This document shows, one piece after another, positions 45,801 to 54,382 of a DNA stretch of 64,000 nt. Numbering within the stretch: the stretch's first letter is position 1; each line of letters opens with the position of its first letter. The stretch lies in the IMG/VR virus record IMGVR_UViG_3300044977_000034, positions 14,059 to 78,058 of that record, one strand, 5' to 3'. The notes beneath the pieces were generated by a model that searched no databases, was not told the origin of the DNA, and saw nothing but the letters and a program-made list of their open reading frames with translations. Both the position numbers and the translations under genes were made by a program. This stretch comes from a virus.

Positions 45801-48800
45801 GCTTCGGCGACAGCTCGCGGATCGATCTGGGCGCGCTGCGGACCGCGACTGGGGCCAAGATCGAAAGTGTCATCGGGGAGCGAAGAGAAGTCCGGCGTCC
45901 CAACCCCTCCCCCATTCCCGCCGAAGATCGAGTCCCAATCGATATTGCTGAGATCCGGCGAGGCAGGCGTGCCAGTGGGCGCTTCCATGACATTGCCAGC
46001 GCCGCCGCCGATCGGGATCGAGCCACCGTCATCGCGGCCGATTCGCCCTCCCCAGTAGCGAGGAACCCGGCCGCCGCGCGCCTCGGCGGCGATCCCTTGG
46101 CCACCGCCTCGGAAGACGCCGGGGAGGTCGACGTCCCAGCCCGTGTGCATGGGCGCTTCGTCGCCCGAAGGCGGCGCGATAGCCAGCGGGCGCTGCCCGA
46201 ACGGGTCGCCGCCGACGAGCCTCGGCGCCATCAGCGGTCGCCCGCCCGCCTCTGAAAATTCGGCGCTCTCGCGCGGCGCCTCGACCTCGGCCGATGGCTT
46301 GTTCCACTCCTGCGTGCCCTCAAGCGGCGGGGCTCGCGTCGCCGGGAGGTTCTGCTTCGGGACGCCACCGAAGAACGCCGCCCTGGTCATCGGCGCGTTC
46401 GACGGCGTTCCTGCCGCCTCCGGCGGGACCAAGCCCAAGGTCGGATAGCCCATGCCAGGACCGCGCGAGCCAGGAACGGACGGCTCTCGCATAGTCAGCG
46501 AATCGCGCAGGGTCGCAGGCGCTTGGCCGCCGACCGGCGCCACCGATCGCGGCGCCGTCATCGGTAGCCCGCCAGGGCCAGGAGGCTGCGGGCGCGGGTC
46601 GTCCTCCGGTCGATAAGGCGTGATGTCGTGGTGCTCGCCGGTCACCGGGTCAGGCGCGATGACGCGCGGCCTGACGACGCCGCGCTGGACCGCCGCCTTG
46701 GCGCGCGCCTGCCCGAGCTGACGCTGCATCTGGATGGCGCGCGGCGTTTGCTGCTGCTGACCGCCGCCGAACAGGTGCGAGAGGTCGAGCGCGGTATAGG
46801 TCGGCGGATTGCGCGCCGGATTCGCCGTGGGCTGGTAGGTCGTGAACTGCGGGAAGCCGCCGCGCTGGAAGCCGGATCGCATGTTCACTCCTCCGCCGCC
46901 CGCCCTGCTCATCCCGGCAGGCACCCATTCATTGTGAAAGACATTGCCCGTCGGCGCGCCCATGCCAGCGTTTTCGCCGCCAGCTGCGCCACCAGTGGTC
47001 GTCCCGCCAACGCTAGTCCAGTACCCCCCCTGCGGCTGCTGTGCGGCGGGCGCCGCTGCGGCAGCTGGCGCCGTCTTCGGGTTTTGAACCGGCGTCGATC
47101 CGGGCGTGTAGCCGAAGCCGCCGCTGCCGCCAGCGCCGCCAGCGCCGCCGCTTCCCTGTGTGCCGAAGTATTCATCGACAATTTGGCCGAGCCCACCGCG
47201 AGACAGCCCGCCTTCCGTCGCCCCCGCCGCGCCCATCGGACCGGGCATCCTCGCGCCGCCCACCGGCATCGGGCCGCTATTCGCGGCAGGCGCAGTGCCC
47301 ATGGAGGCTTGCGTGCCGCCGAAGGCGCCCGCGAGCGAAGCCTCGGCCGAGCCGAACTGCGGCGAGTTCTGGAGGTTCTGATAGTCCGGCTGCGGCGAAA
47401 CCGGGAACCCCGTCGCAGGCTGCGGCGGCAACCATTCCCCGCCGCCGATCGCGGCGCCCTGGTCGACATCGATGCCGGTGTAGGGCGACTTCGACCCGGC
47501 GCTCTCCTCGCCGAACAGCGCCTCGGAGATGCCCGCTTGGGAATTGAGCAGCGTTCCCGGCTGCCAGCCCTCGCTGTAGCTGGCGCTCGATCCGGACCCG
47601 ATCGGGATGACGCCAGGAGGAAGCACCACGCCGCCCTCTTGGAAGCTCTGGCGCGGCTGGGCGAGCGCAGTCTCGGGCTGGGGATGCATAGTCGTCCCGC
47701 CCATGAGAGCGAACGAGCCCATGCCCGAGCGTGCGCTGGGGTCGCCCATGAACATGAGCGCCTGATCCGGCGACATCGACTGCGGCTTTTGCTGCGGCTG
47801 GATGCCCTGCGTCACGCCTTGCGTCACGCCGCCAGGAGGCGGCTCCGCCTCGCCGCCGTCGGCGTAGTGTCCGCGCTCGGCCGCGCCTTGCGTCGCGCGC
47901 CCATAATCGATGCCAAGCAAGTCCCCCATGCCGATGCGGTGGACGCTGCCAGGATCGTGGTAGGCCTCCTCCTGCGCGATCAAGCCGATCTGCGTGCGCG
48001 GATCGCCCTTGAAGTTGTAGCGGTAGATGTTCTGACCGTCGTAGGTCTTGCCGATTTCCTCCACGTTCTCTTTCGCGCGCTCGTCCGACATGCCGACGAG
48101 GCTGCCAAGAAGACCGAGGCCGGATGTCGCCGCGCCGAGGCCTTGCGCGATCGAGTTCGGCCCCGGCGAAGTGGTCTGGCTCTGTCCCCCCGAGAGGCTG
48201 CCGGTTCCCTCGATGAGGTTGCCCAACCAGCCGGTCGTCGTGAATGGATAGGCTTGGCCCTGCTGGTACATCTGCTGAGCGGCAGTATCGATCGCTTGCT
48301 GTTCCTGCTGCGGGATCATGCCAGCTTGGATATCGGCCTGCGCCCCTTGCAGGCCCGCCTGCTGCGCAGACTGGCCGATCTCCCCGAGCTGGGCGGCCCC
48401 TGACATCTGGCGCGCGGCGTTGGCCTGCTGCGCCGCAAGGTTGGTGGATTGCTGCCCCGTCCAATCGCCCATCGCCTGGGTGAAGTTGGCTTGATTCAGG
48501 CCCGCGATCGTCGGCGCTTCGGCGAGGTTCTGCTGGTTCGCCAGGATCGATTGGCCGATGCCAGCGCGGTCGCCGCCGAAAGCCCCAGAACTAATGTTCG
48601 CGGAATTTAAGAACTGAGCCTGTTGCTCGTTCTGGTTGTTCATCTCCGCTTGGGTTGTGTCAACGACCGAGCTGGTGTACGGGTTCATAAACGGGGCTAA
48701 CGAACCCATGCCTTGGAATTGCATCGGGTTGACCGGCGCAGACGCGCCCATCGTCATCGCCCCGGCCGCGCCGAGATAAGGCTGCGCGGCGTTCGCGTAC

Positions 48801-49039
48801 TGGTTGATTCCCCCGAGCCCCGCGTTGGTCTGGCTCGTCAGCGGGGCGACCTGTTCGCCCTGGTAGGGCTGATAGGGCTGGTTCGCGACGTTGGTCGCGC
48901 GGTCGACAAGGCTCTGGTACTCAGCCATCACCTGGGGCGGCGGCCCCGAAGAGGATGATGTCTGCTGAGTGGTGCCGCCCTTTGAGCCGCCCTCGAAACA
49001 GAATGGCTGGCGAAAAGAGGCTTCTCTGGGCGGCCTCAT
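42830..49039 (-). CDS. Large ejection/pilot protein (2069 aa) with S74-like and lysozyme-like domains
   Basis: Gln/Ala-rich N-terminus (YQPYQGEQVAPL, MNPY, GAFGG.R); SDERAKEN...IYRYNFK...GLIAQE; LESG...SSFGPFQLH. Confidence 0.75.
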   Translation of the reverse strand: MRPPREASFRQPFCFEGGSKGGTTQQTSSSSGPPPQVMAEYQSLVDRATNVANQPYQPYQGEQVAPLTSQTNAGLGGINQYANAAQPYLGAAGAMTMGASAPVNPMQFQGMGSLAPFMNPYTSSVVDTTQAEMNNQNEQQAQFLNSANISSGAFGGDRAGIGQSILANQQNLAEAPTIAGLNQANFTQAMGDWTGQQSTNLAAQQANAARQMSGAAQLGEIGQSAQQAGLQGAQADIQAGMIPQQEQQAIDTAAQQMYQQGQAYPFTTTGWLGNLIEGTGSLSGGQSQTTSPGPNSIAQGLGAATSGLGLLGSLVGMSDERAKENVEEIGKTYDGQNIYRYNFKGDPRTQIGLIAQEEAYHDPGSVHRIGMGDLLGIDYGRATQGAAERGHYADGGEAEPPPGGVTQGVTQGIQPQQKPQSMSPDQALMFMGDPSARSGMGSFALMGGTTMHPQPETALAQPRQSFQEGGVVLPPGVIPIGSGSSASYSEGWQPGTLLNSQAGISEALFGEESAGSKSPYTGIDVDQGAAIGGGEWLPPQPATGFPVSPQPDYQNLQNSPQFGSAEASLAGAFGGTQASMGTAPAANSGPMPVGGARMPGPMGAAGATEGGLSRGGLGQIVDEYFGTQGSGGAGGAGGSGGFGYTPGSTPVQNPKTAPAAAAAPAAQQPQGGYWTSVGGTTTGGAAGGENAGMGAPTGNVFHNEWVPAGMSRAGGGGVNMRSGFQRGGFPQFTTYQPTANPARNPPTYTALDLSHLFGGGQQQQTPRAIQMQRQLGQARAKAAVQRGVVRPRVIAPDPVTGEHHDITPYRPEDDPRPQPPGPGGLPMTAPRSVAPVGGQAPATLRDSLTMREPSVPGSRGPGMGYPTLGLVPPEAAGTPSNAPMTRAAFFGGVPKQNLPATRAPPLEGTQEWNKPSAEVEAPRESAEFSEAGGRPLMAPRLVGGDPFGQRPLAIAPPSGDEAPMHTGWDVDLPGVFRGGGQGIAAEARGGRVPRYWGGRIGRDDGGSIPIGGGAGNVMEAPTGTPASPDLSNIDWDSIFGGNGGGVGTPDFSSLPDDTFDLGPSRGPQRAQIDPRAVAEAPSFQGAGGGGGGPHFTQVSNMGGPPISALDLSGHYTPTTGNARGATYVPGSGGGGAGAGISPNARAQAPEHPAITTMRHIVRQHDAMRARGSGSSLGTGIVDPEIVARQNMAGPGPMDPSIIANQKRMHPATSVASGITGDDSLSRAYAGFQGGGGVLGSSPMMNAGAYTPQGAGVTGQTSQGGGLGSIATANKAAGGFGDLFGGGDRAGFASGGASGGLTGADIGDPFLAEITASATPMQGGGGHGPPAPPSSAPPPAAGGGPLGGDGLGKLGDAVKKFAGQAGGQQTAPAGDPSDASGGWGSMAGTPDFSNLSDNAFDVGQDLGFRTGGGVGLGSLRGGFSDGGTPNLDAIDAEVAGGGPPAPPVAAPAPSGGGAAPAVPDLIKQNFGNRAGYASTISSLESGMGKSYVGDGGSSFGPFQLHMGGINPDMPHSGLGDEFKKQTGLDPRDPKTVPDQVKFVADYTAQHGWHDWSTKGQADKIAGGANVPGQDVQPAEADTSSYGGGFMLPGPSQSGPPPGQLDRRNLQAPTMGDELRHDPGGYLMSVGAAMMSSRAPQLGTAIGEGLTAGNNYLQAQKGLEKQWGEAQAQINNLSQEAREHGADADLKVQQLQIGAMMNKVYIQMLRSKGLLGGGSGGTAAPAPTGGQGAPSGGLPTLPTLGGGAAPSGAPSGAAAPSGGAPSGAAPAGAAPAGAAPAGGVPDLNQDPAYKAGTNLIAQGNQQNLIHPGLGDDLITQGKAQQEAAKSNWEKQAEISSKGQEAVTSATTEAQKPVLQSYLENREKFESTYDQTRSEISELSNIYQHFQAGRSSEAQAELASWANAFGFKLPQAASADAAMKSAIQQAFAAVANSGLQKAPRAGLREATMMVASPTRDPAALRKILTDQLATLDYQHDMYSNVPGHNLNVGDDMDTFTKAHKYGDYLGKARKEVPIFKGITPETMKNVTGEDWPAPLPKTGAQPGERYSLPNGKIVRAQPDGTFQVEYEP

Positions 49040-49044
49040 GGTCG

Positions 49045-49611
49045 CTACTCCGCCGCGACTTTGTTCGCGGGCGGCATATCAGCGAGGCGTTCGGCGAAAG
49101 GTGTTCGGTTCGGCGGGGCGTAGCAGAAGAAAGCCCCGAACTGCGGGACCCAGCGGCGATAGAGTCGGATCTTCGCAGCGGTCCGGATGTTCGAGTACAC
49201 GCCGATGGTGAGGTCGAGGCCGATCTGATCGGAGCATTGCTTCGCGTAAGCGATCAGGTCGTTGGCGAAGCCCATGCGCCGATATTCCGGGCGCACGAAA
49301 TTGAAAAATTCGAGCAGCTGCCAGTCGTCCGAATACCAGATCGGTTCGATGAGCAGGAAGATCGCGCCCTTGAGATGATCCCTCTCACCGATGACGCCGA
49401 GAATGCCGCGCCGCTCCGGCCCCTGGTGGATGGCAAGGCGAATCATCGCCGCGACCTTGCCCATGTTCAACGGGTGATAAGGTTGTTCGCGATGCATGAG
49501 TCGGCACATGTCCAAGATCGCCAGCTCGTCGTCGTCGTCGGCTAAGCGGATCGGCGTGCGCGGTGGCGTCGAGCGCAGCTCCTCTTCGTGTTCGCGGCTG
49601 AACTCTTTCAC
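49045..49611 (-). CDS. GNAT-family acetyltransferase (virion-module associated)
   Basis: IRLA...D, WYSD...LLE, FVRPEYRRMG. Confidence 0.8.
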   Translation of the reverse strand: MKEFSREHEEELRSTPPRTPIRLADDDDELAILDMCRLMHREQPYHPLNMGKVAAMIRLAIHQGPERRGILGVIGERDHLKGAIFLLIEPIWYSDDWQLLEFFNFVRPEYRRMGFANDLIAYAKQCSDQIGLDLTIGVYSNIRTAAKIRLYRRWVPQFGAFFCYAPPNRTPFAERLADMPPANKVAAE

Positions 49612-49621
49612 GCCACTTCTC

Positions 49622-50365
49622 CTATTTCGCCGGACCAGGGAGCTGCTTGAGTGTTTGCGCCGCTTCCTTCTTCAGGGCGACGACCCACTTGTCGAGGACG
49701 AGGTGTCCTTTGTCGACATTGCCGTCGCCGATTCGCGCGACCTCGTCCGGCTCGATGACGAACTCGCCGCCGCTCGCATTGATCGGGACCGCCGGACCGG
49801 GGCCGCGCGCCGCGCCGCCATGCTTCTGCTTCCCCTCCTCCAGCGCCGGGTTCTGCGCCGTGTAGCCAGGAGGACCGAAAACGGGCGGCTGAAAGTGCGC
49901 GGGCGGCGGCTTCGGAATCCCCACGCCCTTGCTAACCGGGAGCTTCGGGCTCGGCGCGCCGAACGGCGTCTTCTGCGCCCCCCACGGGCTGCCGAACATG
50001 CCCTTGAGCATGCTCATGCCGTTGATGGTGTTCCCCTCGCCCATATGCGAGACCGCCCAGGCTGGCACGACGTAGGCCCCGTCGGGGACATGCATCGGGA
50101 CGTCATCGGCGCGGCCAGCTCCGGCCGAGAGGATGCCGCCTGTGAACGGCGAGTCGGGACTGTCGTTGATCGCGCCGCCGCTCGCGCGCGTCGGCCGATT
50201 GAGCGGGAGCCCGCCGCCCTCCGCCATGGGCCGCATCAGCATGCGATCGTTGATCGATGACTTGAGTTTCGGCGTCGCCATCGGCTTCGGGAGCTTCGGC
50301 GGCTGAATCGGTCGCGAGGCCCCGAGCATGCGCTGGATGCGGACCGACGAGGGATTGTAGGCCAC
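49622..50365 (-). CDS. Putative virion protein
   Basis: GAGRADDVP...DGAYVVPA..VS..GEGN; SGGEFVI.P. Confidence 0.65.
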   Translation of the reverse strand: MAYNPSSVRIQRMLGASRPIQPPKLPKPMATPKLKSSINDRMLMRPMAEGGGLPLNRPTRASGGAINDSPDSPFTGGILSAGAGRADDVPMHVPDGAYVVPAWAVSHMGEGNTINGMSMLKGMFGSPWGAQKTPFGAPSPKLPVSKGVGIPKPPPAHFQPPVFGPPGYTAQNPALEEGKQKHGGAARGPGPAVPINASGGEFVIEPDEVARIGDGNVDKGHLVLDKWVVALKKEAAQTLKQLPGPAK

Positions 50366-50368
50366 GCC

Positions 50369-50647
50369 CTACCCTCCCGAATAATACGGAACGTATCGAG
50401 GCCCCACGCCAGGAATGTCGATGGTGATATAGCCGTCCGGCTCGGGCGGCAGCGGCCCATCAGCAGCTGTCGAATCACCGAGCCTCGTACCGATCGCGGC
50501 CGACGCGAGGACGTTCATCTGCGATGTCAGCGAGGACAAGCTCGTCACGACAGTGCCGAGCTGTTTATAGATATGCCCTAATTGCGTGTTCCCGTTCTGT
50601 AATGTGGAGATGAGCGTTTGAAGCTCTCCACCGGAAACTTCCGTCAT
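50369..50647 (-). CDS. Hypothetical virion-module protein
   Basis: 92 aa, ends LPPEPDGYITI...YVPYY. Confidence 0.65.
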   Translation of the reverse strand: MTEVSGGELQTLISTLQNGNTQLGHIYKQLGTVVTSLSSLTSQMNVLASAAIGTRLGDSTAADGPLPPEPDGYITIDIPGVGPRYVPYYSGG

Positions 50648-50659
50648 GGCCGCCCTCCA

Positions 50660-51163
50660 TTAGAACCGGGCGAACTCCCCGTGTTCCCGAATGGCGGCGT
50701 CCCGGTAGGCGCGGGCCGCCTCTTCTTCCGTCTTATGTCGGCTGCGCCACAGCTGCTTACCGTTGGCCCAGGTCTGGGCGATATAACGCCCTTTAGTACG
50801 GTCAAACCAGACCCCCTTGACGCCAAGGGCGTTATCTTTGCGCACCTGTGTGTTACAGCGGTTCTGGCTCCGCGACGCGGGTCGAAGGTTCTTCCAGCGA
50901 TTGTTGCTCGGGTCTAGGTCGCGGTGATCGATGTCAGCCTGCGGCCATTCTCCAGTGACCATAAGCCAAATAAGGCGCGCCGCGATATAGGCGCGTCCGT
51001 CAATCTTTAGACGTCTTCTTCCATCTTTTTGCCGACGCCCAGCTATTTCCCCAGCTCTCGATCTCTGAGATACCGTCTTAACCCATCGCAAATCTCCAGA
51101 GAGCGGATCATATGACAGAAGAGATCGAACGTGTTCTGCCGAGAGATCGTTGATGGCTTTCAT
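50660..51163 (-). CDS. HNH-AP2 homing endonuclease
   Basis: YIAARLIW...GEWP...IDHRD....NNRWKNLR plus AP2 (GVKGV...EEAARAY...HGEFA). Confidence 0.92.
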   Translation of the reverse strand: MKAINDLSAEHVRSLLSYDPLSGDLRWVKTVSQRSRAGEIAGRRQKDGRRRLKIDGRAYIAARLIWLMVTGEWPQADIDHRDLDPSNNRWKNLRPASRSQNRCNTQVRKDNALGVKGVWFDRTKGRYIAQTWANGKQLWRSRHKTEEEAARAYRDAAIREHGEFARF

Positions 51164-53379
51164 CAGTTGCGTCCGTCTGGAGAAAAGCGAAATTTAATTC
51201 CACCTAGTCTGGCAAATGAGCCAAGGTCATTCCCCTGAATCAACGCACCAAAATAGCGACCACGACAGCGCGGCTCAAAGGCACCCGTCGCATTGGTGAC
51301 GAGGAAAGGTCCGTAGTAAACCCACTGTTCTTGCGGATCATCCGGATATTCGGCGGTGTAAAGGGTGATCTGGACCTGGGCGCTGACGGTCTGCGGCTGC
51401 TGCCAGCGCCGCCAGCGAAAATCGGGGATAACCAAGTCAACGAATGTTTTATCCTCCCCGTCGCTCAGCATGAAGAACCCAGTCTGCACGAGCCAGTTCA
51501 TCGGCGCGCCGTTGGCGTCATTGCCCATTTCCATCTGCATGATCAGCGAGTTCGCGCCGGTTGGGTCGATCATCGATGAAATTGGATGACCAAAAATATT
51601 GTTGTCGATCCAAGCCGTCACATTGATCGGCGTATTGCCAACCATGCCCTGCTGCGGGACCGAGAGCGCGTAGTCCCACTCTCCGGTGACGGCGTTGAAT
51701 TTGACCCAGCTGTCGTTCTCGCCGGTCGTCGAGGCCTGTGACGGAAAGTGCCACATGACCTCGTCGTAGCCCGAGTTCGCCGCGCCCCTTATGTGGTTGA
51801 AGTAGACATAATTTCCGCTGGCGTCCTTCGTGTTGTTCAGGTTTTTGATGATCACGTCCCAGACGTCGCACTGCAATCTTTGCACGACGCCGTTCGAGTA
51901 CATCCAGAAGGCGTCGCGGCTCATCCAGAACACCTGTGGGCCGTAGACGGCGATGGCGTCCTTGGCGATCAGTCCGCAGCCTTGCGCCACCTCGTTGAAA
52001 CCGAACACGTCAGGGTATCCGATATAGGCCATGGCCCACAGACCAACGTCGGTCCAAAGCATCGCCTGTTGGGGCCCCTGGATGCCTCCTATGATCTTAC
52101 TTCCGCGCGTCAGCCGGAATGTTCCGGCCTGATTGGAAACACTTGCGGTCCAGGCGTTGTAGTTGGCGTTGTCGCACCACGCGACGAGCATCAGATCCTG
52201 CACCTGACCCGTGCTTGCTCCATAGGCGATGATCTGTTGCTCGGGCATGCCGACGAAAAAGCCGGTGCAATTGCTCGGCCCGTTGGCGATCATCTGCGCG
52301 TTCTGAATGCCGCTGGTCGGGTCCCAAGCGAACAGCGGACCGTTGGTCGCATTCGCGATCAGCTGCGAGCCCCAGTTGCCGAGCGACCAACTATCCTCCG
52401 AGATGTTGCCGAACCCCGGCGTGCCGGGAGCGGGCGGGAACGGAGTCGCGGCGATCGGCTGCGGCTGCTCGCCGGAGCCCCAGCCGCCGACGCCCCAGCC
52501 GCCGACGCCCCAGCCCGAGTTGGGGAGGAGCGGCGCTTGCGTGACCCAATAGAGGATCTGCGGCGCGCCTGAGAGATTGCCCTCCTGCACGGTCGCCGCT
52601 GTCGGGATGGAGAACGGCGCGAAGATGATGAAGTTGTTCGCATCGATGATGAGCTGGACGGTGAAGAAGCCCTGAAGCGTGACCTCCCCATTGGCGCCGA
52701 CGGCAGTCGGAATCGGCAGGGCGAAAGTCGAGCCCTGCACGAGCCCGTGATTGGGCAGATTGACCTCGATCACTTCGCTGTTGGCGACCGAGGTGAAGGT
52801 CGCGACTATCGGCGCGCCGCTCGGACCCGCGTTCGAGACCGCGCTGAACGGCAGCGTGATCGTGTACTGCTCCGCCGTCAGCATCGCCGTGATCGGGAAC
52901 GCGCCGAAGATGACGATGCCGCCGATCGCGACATGGCATTGGATCTGGACCGAGCCGTAATTGTTAACCGCCGCACCGGGGTCAAAGATCGTCACGACCG
53001 GCGAGCCCGCCACGGTCGTGAAGGTCTGCCCCGAGGTGCTCAGCGCATATTGCGGCGAGATATCCTGCTTCGCCGGGATGCCACTCTGGGTCGGCGTCAG
53101 AGAGACAAGGCCTGCCGTTCCGGCGACCGCAAGGTGATTGAATAGGTTGAGGTCAGACCAAGCGCACATCTCGCGCGACAGGCCGGGGATCGTGACGTTC
53201 GACGGGCCGCCAGCCGATGGTCCCAGGATGCTCGAAAAGAAGTTCATCCACCCGCCCATTTTTTCGGGCAGGCCGCCGCGCCAGCGGATCAGGTTCGAGG
53301 CGACGACGTTCGCCTGGAGCAGCGTCGGGGTTTGGGCCGTTTTGACCCCCGGCATCAGCTTCACGGTGGAAAAGGGCAA
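51163..53379 (-). CDS. Tail nozzle/stabilisation protein (P22 gp10 / tubular B-like)
   Basis: 738 aa, beta-rich; PEKMGGW, WSLGNWG, GSKIIG, RCRGR; position after the adaptor. Confidence 0.75.
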   Translation of the reverse strand: MPFSTVKLMPGVKTAQTPTLLQANVVASNLIRWRGGLPEKMGGWMNFFSSILGPSAGGPSNVTIPGLSREMCAWSDLNLFNHLAVAGTAGLVSLTPTQSGIPAKQDISPQYALSTSGQTFTTVAGSPVVTIFDPGAAVNNYGSVQIQCHVAIGGIVIFGAFPITAMLTAEQYTITLPFSAVSNAGPSGAPIVATFTSVANSEVIEVNLPNHGLVQGSTFALPIPTAVGANGEVTLQGFFTVQLIIDANNFIIFAPFSIPTAATVQEGNLSGAPQILYWVTQAPLLPNSGWGVGGWGVGGWGSGEQPQPIAATPFPPAPGTPGFGNISEDSWSLGNWGSQLIANATNGPLFAWDPTSGIQNAQMIANGPSNCTGFFVGMPEQQIIAYGASTGQVQDLMLVAWCDNANYNAWTASVSNQAGTFRLTRGSKIIGGIQGPQQAMLWTDVGLWAMAYIGYPDVFGFNEVAQGCGLIAKDAIAVYGPQVFWMSRDAFWMYSNGVVQRLQCDVWDVIIKNLNNTKDASGNYVYFNHIRGAANSGYDEVMWHFPSQASTTGENDSWVKFNAVTGEWDYALSVPQQGMVGNTPINVTAWIDNNIFGHPISSMIDPTGANSLIMQMEMGNDANGAPMNWLVQTGFFMLSDGEDKTFVDLVIPDFRWRRWQQPQTVSAQVQITLYTAEYPDDPQEQWVYYGPFLVTNATGAFEPRCRGRYFGALIQGNDLGSFARLGGIKFRFSPDGRN

Positions 53380-53382
53380 AGG

Positions 53383-54183
53383 TCACCCCGCAGGAGCCGG
53401 AGCTGGTTGAGCCGCCTGCGTCGCGCTGTACGAGGACAGCTGGTTCCAGCCGAGGAATCTCTTCCGGGTCTCTTCGTTCTTCGCCGAGCCCAGGAGTTCG
53501 TTGTACTGCCCCTCCCAACTCACCGCCATGCGGGGATCGTCGGACTGAGCGCCGAAGTTGTGCCTGTAACCGCTGGCCGCGACCATAGCGGCGGCAAGGA
53601 ACAGATCCGGCAGGACCTGGGTCAGGAAGGTCGTCTGCGTCCCATCTCCTGGCGGCGCAAGGTAGAGCGGGACCGGGCGACACTTGCCGTGAACGATGAA
53701 GGAATAGGCCTGATCCGGAGTGGGGCCGAAGGCGAGGACCGTGTCGGTAAGCGGGGCGAAATTGACCGGCCGCCCGAAGGGACCCGGATTCGGGAAGACG
53801 CCGCTATAGACCGCATCGAGATAGTCGACGGTCGCCGGACGGGCGGGCTCGCCTCCGAGAGTCGGCTGCACGCCAGCAATGGGGGGAGCGGCGCCGACCG
53901 GCTCGATCGTGACGCGCTCGACGATGAGGATCTGCTGCGCCGGAGACGGATTCGCCGAGGTCGCGGCGCTGGCCAGGAAGGCCTGCTCGCGCTGATAGGG
54001 GACCATGGGGAACCACTGCCGCGTCTCGGCGTGCAGGCAATCGATCTCGCGATAGATTCGTTGCTCGGCGTAGTCGATGATGGTCGGCAGGATGAGGACG
54101 AAATTGGGATCGTTCACGTTGTTGTTCGGAACGACCATTTCGCTCGCGAGCGCGGTCTGGAAGCTGGCGTAGGTGTAGCTCAT
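53383..54183 (-). CDS. Head-tail adaptor (tubular A-like)
   Basis: IIDYAEQRIYRE, FGPTPD..Y, PDLFL.A. Confidence 0.7.
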   Translation of the reverse strand: MSYTYASFQTALASEMVVPNNNVNDPNFVLILPTIIDYAEQRIYREIDCLHAETRQWFPMVPYQREQAFLASAATSANPSPAQQILIVERVTIEPVGAAPPIAGVQPTLGGEPARPATVDYLDAVYSGVFPNPGPFGRPVNFAPLTDTVLAFGPTPDQAYSFIVHGKCRPVPLYLAPPGDGTQTTFLTQVLPDLFLAAAMVAASGYRHNFGAQSDDPRMAVSWEGQYNELLGSAKNEETRKRFLGWNQLSSYSATQAAQPAPAPAG

Positions 54184-54380
54184 CTACGGGCTGGCCTTTG
54201 CGCCGGTTGATCAGGCGCGGTCGCGGGCGTCGGCTCGTTGCCCTCATCGAGCCAGCGCACGTATTCCTGGCAATCGACGTTATCCATGTCCATGGGGATG
54301 AAGGCGCCGTCCTCGTCGCGCTGGATGATGCTGTCGCTGGGTTGGTTGCGCGTATGGTCCCAGACTTGGCTGTAGGTCAT
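54180..54380 (-). CDS. Small tail-fibre accessory/chaperone-like protein
   Basis: MTYSQVW...DGAFIPMD..N.DCQEY..W...GNEPTPA, a type found next to fibre genes. Confidence 0.7.
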   Translation of the reverse strand: MTYSQVWDHTRNQPSDSIIQRDEDGAFIPMDMDNVDCQEYVRWLDEGNEPTPATAPDQPAQRPARR

Positions 54381-54382
54381 GA

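Noticed and set aside
45062-48464. Long alternative-frame and antisense ORFs (e.g. 46628-48403, 45062-46255, and 59199-60485 elsewhere)
   Set aside because: Shadow ORFs expected from high-GC codon bias; Arg/Ala-rich with no motifs
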